64,000 nt of DNA. Source: a bacterium (lineage in GTDB: Bacteria > Bacteroidota > Ignavibacteria > Kapaibacteriales > Kapaibacteriaceae). Shown in pieces: positions 39,416 to 49,118 of the stretch (within the stretch, counting starts at the first letter, position 1; each line of letters opens with the position of its first letter). The notes beneath the pieces are model-generated. The model ran no database searches and was not told the origin of the DNA. It saw only the letters and a program-made list of their open reading frames with translations. The stretch lies in NCBI GenBank assembly GCA_036834845.1, contig DAITNB010000003.1, positions 70,385 through 134,384 on the forward strand, given 5' to 3'. The translations under genes were made by a program, and so were the position numbers.

Positions 39416-41256
39416 TGTATACCATCGAACAGAGGGACGATCAGTTGGTAGGAACTAAGGCCGCCATTACCTACACTGTTAGCTTCGAGAGAGCGCCACA
39501 ACACCTTGTTTCCGTGCGGATGCGGGTAGAAGGTGTAAATGCAAATCAACTAACATTGGTAATGCCATCCTGGACCCCTGGTAGTTATAAAATTCGCGAC
39601 TACGCAGGATACCAAGGCAATGTGTTAGCATGGGTATTGCGCGGCGATCAACGAACGCAAGCCACAATGAAGTGGAGAGACAAGGCCTCGCTTGTTATCG
39701 AAACACCGAATGCCGAGGTAGTAGAGATCGAATACCTCGTGTACGCTCATGAACGCACGGTGCGCACCAACCACGTTAATCGCTTTCACGCCTTCTTGGT
39801 GCCTACGGCATTGTTTATGTACGTAGAAGGCAGACAAAACGAGATACACCATGTCCGACTCTCCTACGATAGCACTGTATGGCCAAGTTGTTCAACAGCG
39901 TTATCGCCGGTATCGCCCCCTTCCAGGAACGAGCGTGTACTGGGTGCATTGAATTACGATGTGTTGGCAGACTCGCCCATAGAGATCGGAGACCATCAGG
40001 TGCGCACGTTTGATGCGGCGGGTGCGCGCCACGAGGTTGCCCTACCAACAAACTACGCGCTCGACATTGACTGGCTTACCGAACGCATCAAACGCATCGT
40101 TACCGTGGAGGCAGAGTTGTTTGGCGGCGTGCCGTATGATAGGTATGTGTTTGTTATTCAAGTGTACCCCGGCGCAGGTGGCGGACTTGAACATGCACGT
40201 TCCAGCATCAATGCCGTAGATCCGCAGGCATTGTTAGACAAGCAGAAGGTTGTTGGGCTACTCTCGTTGTTGTGCCACGAGTACTTTCACCTGTGGAATG
40301 TAAAACGCATACGGCCAGTAGAGCTTGGCCCGTTCGACTACACGCGAGAGAATTACACGCCAATGTTGTGGTTGGCCGAGGGCCTTACGTCGTACTACGA
40401 TGACCTGCTTACCTATCGGTGCGGTTTTACAACCTGGAAAGAGTATCTCGAAACACTGTCGAAAGATCATATCGCCAAGCTTGCATCCGTGCCCGGACGT
40501 TTTGCAATGTCTACCCGAGACAGTTCCTACCTTGCCTGGTTGAAACTCTATCTGCAGAGTCCAGACGGAAACAACCGATTCCCCTCGTACTACCTTAAGG
40601 GCGGAGTGGTAACGATGATGTTAGACATCTACATCATCGATCACAGTGATGGGAAGCATTCTCTCGACGATGCAATGCGTGCTCTGTGGAAACGATATCA
40701 GCAAAACCCGGCTGTGGGTGTTACCGAGGAAGAATGTATCGCGATTATTGAAGCCGGCACGCGGATACAAATTCGCGACAGATTGCTCGGCTGGCTAAAT
40801 GGCACAGACGAACTCCCATACAACGAGGTGTTCGAGGCCGTAGGCCTCCGCGTAATAGACACCCCCAAGCCGGTGGATCCACCAAAGATTGGAGAGAATC
40901 TTCCATTTGCGGCAACTCCAGCCGCAGTATGGTGTGGCTGGACACTATCGGATGCCAATGGCAAGGTTCTCGTAAAAGCCGTAGACGACAATTCGCCTGC
41001 AGCAAAGGCGGGAATTGGCCTCGACGACGAGATACTTGCTGTAAACGGCAAGCGCGTGGTGTCTGTGGCCCAAACCGAGCACTATATTGCAGCAAGTGGT
41101 GAAAAGGGGGCTACCCTCGATGCCCACTGCGACGGACGACTTTACTCTACGCAATTGCAACCGCGTGTGCCTCCAGCTGTGCGGCTTGTTGAAATAGACA
41201 ACCCAACCAAACGTCAGACCGAGATTCGCAACGTGTGGCTGCGCAGGAATTTGTGA
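39415..41256 (+). CDS. M61 family glycyl aminopeptidase with C-terminal PDZ domain
   Basis: HEYFHLWNVKRIRP is an HExxH motif in M61 context. PDZ-like block AAKAGIGLDDEILAVNGKRV. TGATG overlap with the upstream gene. Confidence 0.8.
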   Translation: MYTIEQRDDQLVGTKAAITYTVSFERAPQHLVSVRMRVEGVNANQLTLVMPSWTPGSYKIRDYAGYQGNVLAWVLRGDQRTQATMKWRDKASLVIETPNAEVVEIEYLVYAHERTVRTNHVNRFHAFLVPTALFMYVEGRQNEIHHVRLSYDSTVWPSCSTALSPVSPPSRNERVLGALNYDVLADSPIEIGDHQVRTFDAAGARHEVALPTNYALDIDWLTERIKRIVTVEAELFGGVPYDRYVFVIQVYPGAGGGLEHARSSINAVDPQALLDKQKVVGLLSLLCHEYFHLWNVKRIRPVELGPFDYTRENYTPMLWLAEGLTSYYDDLLTYRCGFTTWKEYLETLSKDHIAKLASVPGRFAMSTRDSSYLAWLKLYLQSPDGNNRFPSYYLKGGVVTMMLDIYIIDHSDGKHSLDDAMRALWKRYQQNPAVGVTEEECIAIIEAGTRIQIRDRLLGWLNGTDELPYNEVFEAVGLRVIDTPKPVDPPKIGENLPFAATPAAVWCGWTLSDANGKVLVKAVDDNSPAAKAGIGLDDEILAVNGKRVVSVAQTEHYIAASGEKGATLDAHCDGRLYSTQLQPRVPPAVRLVEIDNPTKRQTEIRNVWLRRNL

Positions 41257-43358
41257 GACCCTTGCCCAACATCGTACCCTTTCTCCTTGTTGCCATGGGC
41301 ATAGGCCTACAGGGGTGTGCGTGGTTCGACAACCAAACCACGTACTTTAACACCTATTACAACATGCGAAGGATAATGACGGAGGTAAAGGACGAGTTCT
41401 CGTTCCAGGACGAGAATAAACGGAATAAACCCCGCGTGCTGGTGCCTTCGATGGATAGTCTGGGTCTTACGGGAGGTCCACCCAAGAATCAAACCTATCA
41501 GTTCCTCCGCGCCTTTGTTGTTGAGCGTTCGAAACTTCAGCCCGTTGCTACAAAGGTAGACTCGATACTTATCAAGGGGTCGAAGGTTGTTGCCAACCAT
41601 CCAAAATCCGAATACGTACCGGGCGCCATTTATCTTATGGCAGAGGCATACTTTATTCGGTCTGAATGGCTACCATCGCAGCAGAAATGCATCGAACTCG
41701 TAGAGAGATGGCCCGACGGAGAGTACGGACCCGACGGCTTTCTGCTGCTCGCGAAGAACTACCTTATGCAACGCAAAATGTCGCAAGGCAAACAAGCCCT
41801 TTCGCGAGCAATTGATGTGGCGTGGTATAGAGACCGTTACGATGTTCTTAGCGAGTGTTATCGCATTCAAGCCGAGATGGCCATTGAAGACGGTGTGCTG
41901 GACAAGGCAGTGAACCCCTACAAGCAAGCCATTGAACAGTGCGAAGATTCCGAGCAGCGCGCCAGATGGCAAGTAGACGTAGCATCTATTTACTATCGGC
42001 TGGGTCAGTTCGAACTTGCAGAAGCAGCTTTCCGAAAAGTGTTTAAAGAAACGCCCGACGCACTTGCTACCTTCGAAGCCGATCTCTACCGTGCTGCCTC
42101 ATTAGTACAACTGTATCGCTTTGATGAAGCCGAGAAAATATTCGAGTCGTTAGAAAACAATCGCAATTACACCGAGTGGACATCCTATATAGCGGCAGAG
42201 CGTTTGGCACTAACACGAATGCGTGCGGAAGACCCCAAGGATGCGTCACTCATCGCCAATGAGCGCAAGGCAGACACCAGTTTTGTAGGCCGACCCGAGC
42301 TTATGGCGCAGAGCTTCCAAAAAGGTATGTCGCTCTATAAAAAGGGAGACTATGCCGAGGCCTTGAAATATTTTGCCAAAGCAAAGGTTGTTCGCACACC
42401 AGTATACGACGTTGCCAATAAGTACTTCACGCTGCTTAAGCAGTGGGACGAGCAACAGCGAAAAATTCGCTCCATCGATCAGATGTTGGTGATCGACACA
42501 ACACGCAAAGACTCGTTACTTCGCAAACGAAGCAATGAACTGTATGCTACAGGAAGAATTCACGAGCAACTCGATAACGTAGATTCGGCACTTGTCTATT
42601 ATGAGAGGGCGTTTACAGACTGTCCAAACACCGACCCCGAGAAGGGGCGGTACCTCTTTGCGCAAGCCAGGATTATCAGAGAAAAAGATCCTGAAACCGC
42701 CGATTCACTCTTCGAAATTGTTGCCGATAGGTGGCCGCGATCCGAATACGCCAAGGAGGCCGGTACAAGCTTAGGGTTTACCCTCGAATCAGGGATTGAT
42801 GATGCTGCCGAGTTGTATCGCTCTGGCAACAGCTTCCGAATTGTGAAAGACTACCGCTACGCTTCACGTCAGTTCATGTCTATTCCAGAGAGGTTCCCCG
42901 AAAGCGAATACGCACCTAAGGCACTCTATGCCATGGGGTGGATGTACGAACAAGATTTGAAGCAGAACGACAGTGCGCTCTACTACTACGGACTTCTCCT
43001 CGAGCGGTATCCTCGAAGCAACTATGCCCGCGAGATACGTCCAAGCGTAGAATTTGCCTTAGCGAAGTTGAATGGAGTTGAAATATCAGACTCTACGCTT
43101 TTGCAAGATCTGGACCAGCAACTTCTTAGTAAGGCCAAGGCAGGTGAAGCCAATGTAATGCAGCAGTTGTTGCGGAATAATCAAGACGCACTACAAGTGA
43201 GCGGTCCAAACGTAAATCTGCCCAACATTCCGGGCATAGCTCCCAACGGTGGTAATGTAAACGACATGCTTCAGCAGCAACTGCGCAACACGCAGCAGAA
43301 ACTTCCGGGAATAACGCCAACGTCCGATTCTGTACAGGTTGCGCGGCCGCCGAAATAA
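41235..43358 (+). CDS. TPR-repeat lipoprotein
   Basis: Lipobox ...VAMGIGLQGC. Repeated TPR-like helices with (E/S)EYAP(K/G)ALY motifs. The GTG start at 41235 is uncertain. Confidence 0.65.
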   Translation: MAAQEFVRPLPNIVPFLLVAMGIGLQGCAWFDNQTTYFNTYYNMRRIMTEVKDEFSFQDENKRNKPRVLVPSMDSLGLTGGPPKNQTYQFLRAFVVERSKLQPVATKVDSILIKGSKVVANHPKSEYVPGAIYLMAEAYFIRSEWLPSQQKCIELVERWPDGEYGPDGFLLLAKNYLMQRKMSQGKQALSRAIDVAWYRDRYDVLSECYRIQAEMAIEDGVLDKAVNPYKQAIEQCEDSEQRARWQVDVASIYYRLGQFELAEAAFRKVFKETPDALATFEADLYRAASLVQLYRFDEAEKIFESLENNRNYTEWTSYIAAERLALTRMRAEDPKDASLIANERKADTSFVGRPELMAQSFQKGMSLYKKGDYAEALKYFAKAKVVRTPVYDVANKYFTLLKQWDEQQRKIRSIDQMLVIDTTRKDSLLRKRSNELYATGRIHEQLDNVDSALVYYERAFTDCPNTDPEKGRYLFAQARIIREKDPETADSLFEIVADRWPRSEYAKEAGTSLGFTLESGIDDAAELYRSGNSFRIVKDYRYASRQFMSIPERFPESEYAPKALYAMGWMYEQDLKQNDSALYYYGLLLERYPRSNYAREIRPSVEFALAKLNGVEISDSTLLQDLDQQLLSKAKAGEANVMQQLLRNNQDALQVSGPNVNLPNIPGIAPNGGNVNDMLQQQLRNTQQKLPGITPTSDSVQVARPPK

Positions 43359-43664
43359 TCACATCGCCACTTGCGTGTGAAGAGCGATTTCTTCCAGAAT
43401 GGCCGAAACGCGCAAACATTCCGTCATCTCGCCCTCGAAAACAATAGCCATACCTCTACTGTGCACCTCATAGGTAAGCACCTCGGCATGGTCATACGAG
43501 CAGCCCGTGGCGGCCATTATTTGGCCAATTACCTCGTCGAACGTGTGTTCTTCGTCGTTATAGAGGATTACCCGAGCGGCAAGAGACACCTCTACGGCTA
43601 AATCGTCTTCCGGATTTGTCCAGCCGGGGAAGCCCCCTAGCTCTAAGGAATTGAAAGTGTTCAT
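43359..43664 (-). CDS. clpS: ATP-dependent Clp protease adaptor ClpS
   Basis: [45 protein letters not shown] is the ClpS core. I use the internal ATG at 43664 (101 aa). Confidence 0.85.
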   Translation of the reverse strand: MNTFNSLELGGFPGWTNPEDDLAVEVSLAARVILYNDEEHTFDEVIGQIMAATGCSYDHAEVLTYEVHSRGMAIVFEGEMTECLRVSAILEEIALHTQVAM

Positions 43665-43675
43665 ACTGATAGGCA

Positions 43676-43701
43676 CAAAATTACGAAAACGAGTATCTTT
43701 G
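43676..43701. promoter_or_regulatory. divergent promoter region with two TAnnTTTG -7-type boxes (clpS and the CADD-like operon)
   Basis: TAATTTTG on the minus strand (43683..43676) and TATCTTTG on the plus strand (43694..43701, 41 nt before the ATG at 43743). No clear -33 elements. Confidence 0.3.
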
Positions 43702-43742
43702 TGGTTCATTCCACACCACAATAACCGTCTGAGGACAAGACA

Positions 43743-44435
43743 ATGACAACCCAGGAATTTCTCCAGGAGCTTGATAAGATTGTTTCCGATAGGCATATGC
43801 TCCAGCACCCCTTCTATTTGATGTGGAACGAGGGCACCCTAACAAAGGAAATGCTTCGCCAGTATGCTGCAGAGTATTACCATCAGGTACATGCCTTCCC
43901 TCAGTACGTTAGTGCAACACACTCGAAAACCGAGGATATGGTTGTACGCCAAATGTTGCTCGAAAACCTAATCGAAGAAGAGCACGGACCAAATAACCAC
44001 CCCGACCTTTGGCTTCGTTTTGCAGAAGAGCTTGGGCTTACACGCGAAGAAGTACAGTCGCGCCGTTATTTGCCACACACACGTGCTTCTGTTCGCATCC
44101 TCAAAGAACTTGCCGGACGCGATAATCCCGCTGAAGGTTTGGCCGCTCTCTATGCATACGAATCACAGATTCCGGAAATCTCCACAACCAAGATTGCGGG
44201 ATTGAAGAAGTGGTATAACCTCGACACAGAAAAGGCGTTGGAGTTTTTTGCCGTGCACGAACATGCCGACGAAATTCACCGCACTGTTACGCGCGAAGCT
44301 CTAGAGCGTATGTGTGTTACCGACGAGCAAAAACAAGCTGCGCTCGACTCTGCCCGCGAAGCAGCCGACGCGTTCAATCTCCTGCTCGACGGCGTGTACA
44401 ACACGTGGTGCACAGAGAAAGCGTCGCTCAACTGA
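43743..44435 (+). CDS. CADD / PqqC-like heme-oxygenase-fold di-iron protein (putative folate/pABA-related family)
   Basis: [44 protein letters not shown]...[27 protein letters not shown] closely parallels my recollection of chlamydial CADD (CT610). The E/H metal ligand pattern is present. Confidence 0.75.
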   Translation: MTTQEFLQELDKIVSDRHMLQHPFYLMWNEGTLTKEMLRQYAAEYYHQVHAFPQYVSATHSKTEDMVVRQMLLENLIEEEHGPNNHPDLWLRFAEELGLTREEVQSRRYLPHTRASVRILKELAGRDNPAEGLAALYAYESQIPEISTTKIAGLKKWYNLDTEKALEFFAVHEHADEIHRTVTREALERMCVTDEQKQAALDSAREAADAFNLLLDGVYNTWCTEKASLN

Positions 44436-44455
44436 GCGCGAACCTTCTGATGTAA

Positions 44456-45364
44456 ATGTGCCGTTTCGTTGCCTATATCGGACCGTCTATCCTTGCGGAT
44501 GACCTCCTCTACAAACCGAAGTTCTCGCTTGTTACTGCACAAACGATGAACGCCGGAGAGATGTCCGTGTCCGTTAATGGCGATGGTTTCGGTATTGGAT
44601 TTTACGCTCCCAACCTCGACAACGAGCCGTGTGTTTTTCGAAGCATTAAGCCCGCCTGGAGCGACCAAAATCTTAAGAGTTTAGCGAAGAAGATTTACGC
44701 ACCCTGCGTTTTTGCCCATGTACGTGCGGCATCGCCAGGCATGCCCGTAGAAGAGATGAATTCTCATCCCTTTGCATGCGGCGAGTTAATGTTCATGCAC
44801 AATGGTGTGTTAGGGGGCTTTAAGCATATTCGGAGAAAGTTGCTTCGTATGCTTAATGACACAGCGTACGATGCCATTCAGGGCAGCACCGACTCTGAAC
44901 ACATGTTTGGCCTATTCCTCAATCACATTGCGGATCCGTATGGCACGGTAAGCTGCGCCGAAATGGTGCAAGCCATGCATGGGTTGTTCGAAGACCTTAA
45001 CACCCTGCTTATGGATTCGGACGTGCGCCAGCATTCGTACCTAAATCTTGCCGTAACAAACGGAACGTGTCTTATCACTGTTCGCTACACAACAAACCCC
45101 AACGTGCAGCCCGCCTCCATGTATTACATGCACGGCAGAGAATACCGCTGTACCGGTGATCATTGCGTGATGGAAGCATCTTTCGGCAAGCCAAGTGCTA
45201 TTGTTGTAGCATCTGAACCATTTACGGCACGCCGAGCAGACTGGATGAAGATGGAGCGCAACTCCATGATGGTTGTAGACGAGACGATGCGAATTCATTT
45301 CCATCATGTGGAAATGGATGTAGAAAAACTAGACTTCGAGACCTTAGCACCGGAAATCGGATGA
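44456..45364 (+). CDS. class II (Ntn) glutamine amidotransferase, EgtC-like
   Basis: The N-terminal nucleophile is MC(RFVAYIGP). Blocks NGDGFGIGFY, AHVRAASPG, SHPF and MHNGV match the EgtC/YafJ-type pattern. Confidence 0.7.
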   Translation: MCRFVAYIGPSILADDLLYKPKFSLVTAQTMNAGEMSVSVNGDGFGIGFYAPNLDNEPCVFRSIKPAWSDQNLKSLAKKIYAPCVFAHVRAASPGMPVEEMNSHPFACGELMFMHNGVLGGFKHIRRKLLRMLNDTAYDAIQGSTDSEHMFGLFLNHIADPYGTVSCAEMVQAMHGLFEDLNTLLMDSDVRQHSYLNLAVTNGTCLITVRYTTNPNVQPASMYYMHGREYRCTGDHCVMEASFGKPSAIVVASEPFTARRADWMKMERNSMMVVDETMRIHFHHVEMDVEKLDFETLAPEIG

Positions 45365-47322
45365 ACTACGCAGCACTCATACCGCTATTCCCCCTCATCG
45401 GTTTTTGCATCGTGGCCTTTTTTGGTCGCCGAATCAAAAACGAAGCGTTGATAGGGGGCATTGCAAGCACCGCCATTCTGGCCAGTTTTGTAACGGCGGT
45501 AACCGCTTTTATCGGTTTAACGAACCAGCCGGAAGATAGCAGGTCGTTCATTGTTCCTGTGTACAAGTGGATAGCCACGGGGTCCTTCAGCGTAGAGATT
45601 GCCTACCAGATCGACCAATTGTCTATCCTCTTTGCGCTTATCATTACCGGTATTGGCTTTCTTATTCATGTGTATTCCATAGGGTATATGCATGGAGACA
45701 AAGGTTTTCCGCGGTTCTTCGCCTATCTGAACCTCTTTGTGTTCATGATGTTGAACCTTGTGTTGGCCAGCAACTTCCTCCTTACGTTCTTGGGCTGGGA
45801 AGGTGTAGGGCTTGCCTCGTACCTCCTTATTGGGTTCTGGTACGATAGAAAATTCGAAGGCACAAATATTACGTGGACCGGTGATGCGGCGATGAAGGCC
45901 TTTGTGGTAAACCGCATTGGCGACTTTGGTGTGCTGCTTGCCATGTTCATGCTCTTTACCACCTTTGGCACGTTAGACTACGCCACCATTAACGCCCAAG
46001 CGCCTCAAGTGTATGGCGTTGGTGCCACAGCCGTAACAATCATCACGCTTCTGTTATTCCTCGGTTGCACTGGCAAGAGTGCGCAGATTCCGCTCGGTGT
46101 GTGGTTGCCCGACGCTATGGCGGGTCCCACGCCGGTTTCTGCCCTTATCCATGCAGCAACCATGGTAACATCGGGCATCTTTTTGATTGCCCGCACCAAC
46201 GTGCTGTTTGCATTGTCGCCAACAACCATGGCAGTTGTTACCGGCATTGGCATTACCACAGCGGTTGTTGCAGGTACAGTTGGTATTGTGCAGCGAGACA
46301 TCAAGAAGGTACTGGCATACTCCACAGTGTCGCAATTGGGCTTCATGTTTGTTGCGCTTGGTGTTGGTGCCTTTACCGCCGGCGTGTTTCACGTTATGAC
46401 GCATGCCTTCTTTAAGGCCCTTCTCTTCCTTGGTTCCGGCTCTGTTATTCACGGAATGCACGAAGAACAAGACATTATGAAAATGGGTGGTTTAAAGAAA
46501 TACATGCCCATTACGTATCGTACGTTCCTTATTGGTACCCTTGCCATCTCGGGCATTCCATTCCTATCGGGCTTTTTCTCGAAGGACGAAATATTATGGA
46601 TGGCCTTCCTCAATGGAAGTCCGGTGTTGTGGAGTGTAGGGGTGGTGGCCGCCTTCACAACTGCCTTCTACATGTGGAGAGTAACAACGCTTACCTTCGA
46701 CGGACAAGAGAGATTCGATCATCACCATGTGCACCCTCACGAGTCGCCAAAAACGATGACCATCCCGCTCATCATTCTGGCTGTTTTGTCGGTGTTCGGC
46801 GGATTCTTAGGTGTACCACACGTGCTCGAGAGCGTATTCCATATGCCCAATTTTTTGGAGCATTGGTTAGCGCCTGTGTTTGCCGGCGGCGCACGGCTGC
46901 TTCCATCGCACACAGGAGAGCACACAAGCACCGAAGTTATGCTAATGGTTATCTCTACTGTAGTTGCCATCAGTGGTATACTGCTTGCGCGCTTCGTGTA
47001 CTCCAAGGGTCTCGATCGTGCACAAGGTTTTGCAACTTCGTTTAAGGGCTTGTACACACTTCTCTACAGAAAGTACTTTGTAGACGAAGTGTACAATCTT
47101 GCCATCGTTGGTCCAATCGTGGCACTGTCGAGAGATTTTCTCTGGAAGATCTTCGACGTGGTAATTGTAGACGGCGTTGTGAACGGATCTGCAAAGGTTG
47201 TTAGTGCAACCGCCGGCGTGTTACGAAAGGCACAAAGCGGTATTGCTCAGAACTATGCACTGGTAATGATGGCGGGCATCGTTATACTGATTGCCATGGT
47301 TGTGATGCCTCTGCTGCGGTAA
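45361..47322 (+). CDS. nuoL: NADH-quinone oxidoreductase subunit L-type antiporter-like subunit, isolated from any nuo operon in this window
   Basis: WEGVGLASYLLIGFWY block and about 16 TM segments. The C-terminal lateral-helix region is YRKYFVDEVYN...VDGVVNG...GIAQNYALVMMAGIV. ATGA overlap with the amidotransferase gene. Confidence 0.75.
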   Translation: MNYAALIPLFPLIGFCIVAFFGRRIKNEALIGGIASTAILASFVTAVTAFIGLTNQPEDSRSFIVPVYKWIATGSFSVEIAYQIDQLSILFALIITGIGFLIHVYSIGYMHGDKGFPRFFAYLNLFVFMMLNLVLASNFLLTFLGWEGVGLASYLLIGFWYDRKFEGTNITWTGDAAMKAFVVNRIGDFGVLLAMFMLFTTFGTLDYATINAQAPQVYGVGATAVTIITLLLFLGCTGKSAQIPLGVWLPDAMAGPTPVSALIHAATMVTSGIFLIARTNVLFALSPTTMAVVTGIGITTAVVAGTVGIVQRDIKKVLAYSTVSQLGFMFVALGVGAFTAGVFHVMTHAFFKALLFLGSGSVIHGMHEEQDIMKMGGLKKYMPITYRTFLIGTLAISGIPFLSGFFSKDEILWMAFLNGSPVLWSVGVVAAFTTAFYMWRVTTLTFDGQERFDHHHVHPHESPKTMTIPLIILAVLSVFGGFLGVPHVLESVFHMPNFLEHWLAPVFAGGARLLPSHTGEHTSTEVMLMVISTVVAISGILLARFVYSKGLDRAQGFATSFKGLYTLLYRKYFVDEVYNLAIVGPIVALSRDFLWKIFDVVIVDGVVNGSAKVVSATAGVLRKAQSGIAQNYALVMMAGIVILIAMVVMPLLR

Positions 47323-47323
47323 C

Positions 47324-48034
47324 GTGTGCTTCACTGTTTCTATCTTTGCATCAACACATACCATCGAAACCGAGGTTGGTGCGGTATTCGATAGTGCTGA
47401 GGAATACCAACCGTATGTTTATGTAACGGGATTCGTTTTTCCTCGGCTTCCGTTCATTACCAACAAAAACCCCGGTTCCATTGAGTTTGCAGAGTGGGGG
47501 TTGATTCCGCGGTGGACCAAGGATGAGGCAGCAGCGTGCGATCTGCGAAAGATGACGTTGAATGCACGTTGCGAAACCGTGTACGAGAAACCCTCTTTTC
47601 GAGACGCGGTAACAAAACGTCGAGGGCTGCTTCCTGTTCAGGGATTTATTGAGTGGCAACACGAAGGAAACACCAAACTCCCTCATCTGGTGCGGATGCA
47701 AAACAAAAAGCTCTTCACCTTGGGCTGTATCTGGGAAGATTGGATTAATAAGGAGCATGGCGAAGTTCATCGGACCTTTTCCATTGTAACAACACAAGCG
47801 AACATGTTGATGTCTCGCGTTCATAACCAAAAGCAGCGGATGCCTGTGATTATTCAACCGTCCGACCGTGAGGCATGGCTGCACGCAGAGGACCGAGAGA
47901 TAATAGAACCACTTTTTCGGCCACTTGAAGACGGTGTTCTAGAGGCATTTCAGGTAACACGCGAGGTTTCGGTGGTGAAAGTAAATAGAGAAGAAGAGGA
48001 ACTGCTGGAACCCATGGGGCCTGTGTTTTCGTGA
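47324..48034 (+). CDS. SOS-response-associated peptidase (SRAP/YedK, DUF159)
   Basis: The GTG start places the catalytic Cys at residue 2 (MCFTV...). Blocks EWGLIPRW, NARCETVYEKPSFRDA and LLPVQGFIEW are present. Confidence 0.8.
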   Translation: MCFTVSIFASTHTIETEVGAVFDSAEEYQPYVYVTGFVFPRLPFITNKNPGSIEFAEWGLIPRWTKDEAAACDLRKMTLNARCETVYEKPSFRDAVTKRRGLLPVQGFIEWQHEGNTKLPHLVRMQNKKLFTLGCIWEDWINKEHGEVHRTFSIVTTQANMLMSRVHNQKQRMPVIIQPSDREAWLHAEDREIIEPLFRPLEDGVLEAFQVTREVSVVKVNREEEELLEPMGPVFS

Positions 48035-48492
48035 TTGTTGCGTTATCCCTGTGCATGGCTCTAATTGCCGGCGTACCATCGGTAACACTGGATCAGTTAG
48101 AAAACAGGTTCGCTAATGGCAAGGACACCACATATGTTGTGAACTTTTGGGCAACGTGGTGTAAACCATGCGTCGAAGAACTCCCGGCATTCGATGCGTT
48201 GGCACGGAAGAATGTTGGCAACGCAGTTGTTGTTCTGTTGGTAAGTGTAGACTCGCCGAAGGACAAAGAAAAGAAGGTGGAACCGTATCTGCGCCAAAAG
48301 GGCTATCGGTGCGAATCGGTGTTACTCAATGAATCAAAACCCAATGAATGGATAGACAGAGTAGACAGCACATGGAGCGGAGCCATACCCGCAACATTGT
48401 TTTTACGAAACAACAAACGACAGTTTTTTGAGCAGGAATTCTCCACGTCCACACTGCAAACAGCATTAGAAACATTCGTACAACGCCAATGA
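48031..48492 (+). CDS. TlpA-like thioredoxin-fold thiol-disulfide oxidoreductase
   Basis: FWATWCKPC is the CxxC motif. An N-terminal anchor is present. GTGA overlap with the upstream gene. Confidence 0.75.
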   Translation: MIVALSLCMALIAGVPSVTLDQLENRFANGKDTTYVVNFWATWCKPCVEELPAFDALARKNVGNAVVVLLVSVDSPKDKEKKVEPYLRQKGYRCESVLLNESKPNEWIDRVDSTWSGAIPATLFLRNNKRQFFEQEFSTSTLQTALETFVQRQ

Positions 48493-49109
48493 AACACCTC
48501 CTAGCTATGCTTGCCATTCTTGCAATGGCATGCCCCCTAATGGCCCAAAACCCGCTTTCGCCAGACGGCGTGAAGGTTGGAGATGCAGCACCAGATTTTG
48601 TTTTGAAGAATGTAGATGGAAAGGCCGTAGGCCTTAGAAGTTTTCCAGACGCGAAGGGCGTAATCCTTGTGTTCACATGTAATCACTGTCCGTACAGCGT
48701 TAAGTACGAAGACCGGATTATTGCCTTACACGAAGAGTTTGCACCAAAAGGATTTCCCGTGCTAGCGGTAAACCCAAACGACTCTGCAACAGTACCCGAA
48801 GACGCGTTTTCGAAAATGCAGGAACGTGCAGCCGAAAAGAAGTTTCCGTTCCCGTATGTGTATGACGAAACCCAGATGATTGCCAAGCGATATGGCGCCA
48901 GGAGAACACCTCATGTTTTCGTATTGCTGCGCACACGCACCGGATGGACGGTAGAATATATCGGCGCAATTGATGATAATGCAGAAGATGCATCGAAGGT
49001 AGACGCTGCCTTTGTTGCAAATGCCGTTCGAGCGCTTCTCGACGGCACCAAGCCAGCAACAGCAACAACCAAGGCAATTGGTTGCACGATTAAGTGGAAG
49101 AAGGGATAA
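48489..49109 (+). CDS. thioredoxin-fold protein, peroxiredoxin-like (PRX_like1-type)
   Basis: Signal peptide, then VILVFTCNHCPYS with a CxxC. ATGA overlap with the upstream gene. Confidence 0.7.
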   Translation: MKHLLAMLAILAMACPLMAQNPLSPDGVKVGDAAPDFVLKNVDGKAVGLRSFPDAKGVILVFTCNHCPYSVKYEDRIIALHEEFAPKGFPVLAVNPNDSATVPEDAFSKMQERAAEKKFPFPYVYDETQMIAKRYGARRTPHVFVLLRTRTGWTVEYIGAIDDNAEDASKVDAAFVANAVRALLDGTKPATATTKAIGCTIKWKKG

Positions 49110-49118
49110 GAGTAGAAC

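Noticed and set aside
43356-43361. Zero-gap convergent stop codons of the TPR lipoprotein gene and clpS.
   Set aside because: The arrangement is real but is common in compact genomes. No hairpin or special structure spans the junction.
45361-47322. An alternative reading of the NuoL-like gene as a DabB (CO2 uptake) or Mrp antiporter subunit.
   Set aside because: There is no DabA (DUF2309) or mrp partner nearby, and the C-terminal lateral-helix region looks NuoL-specific. This cannot be excluded without phylogeny.
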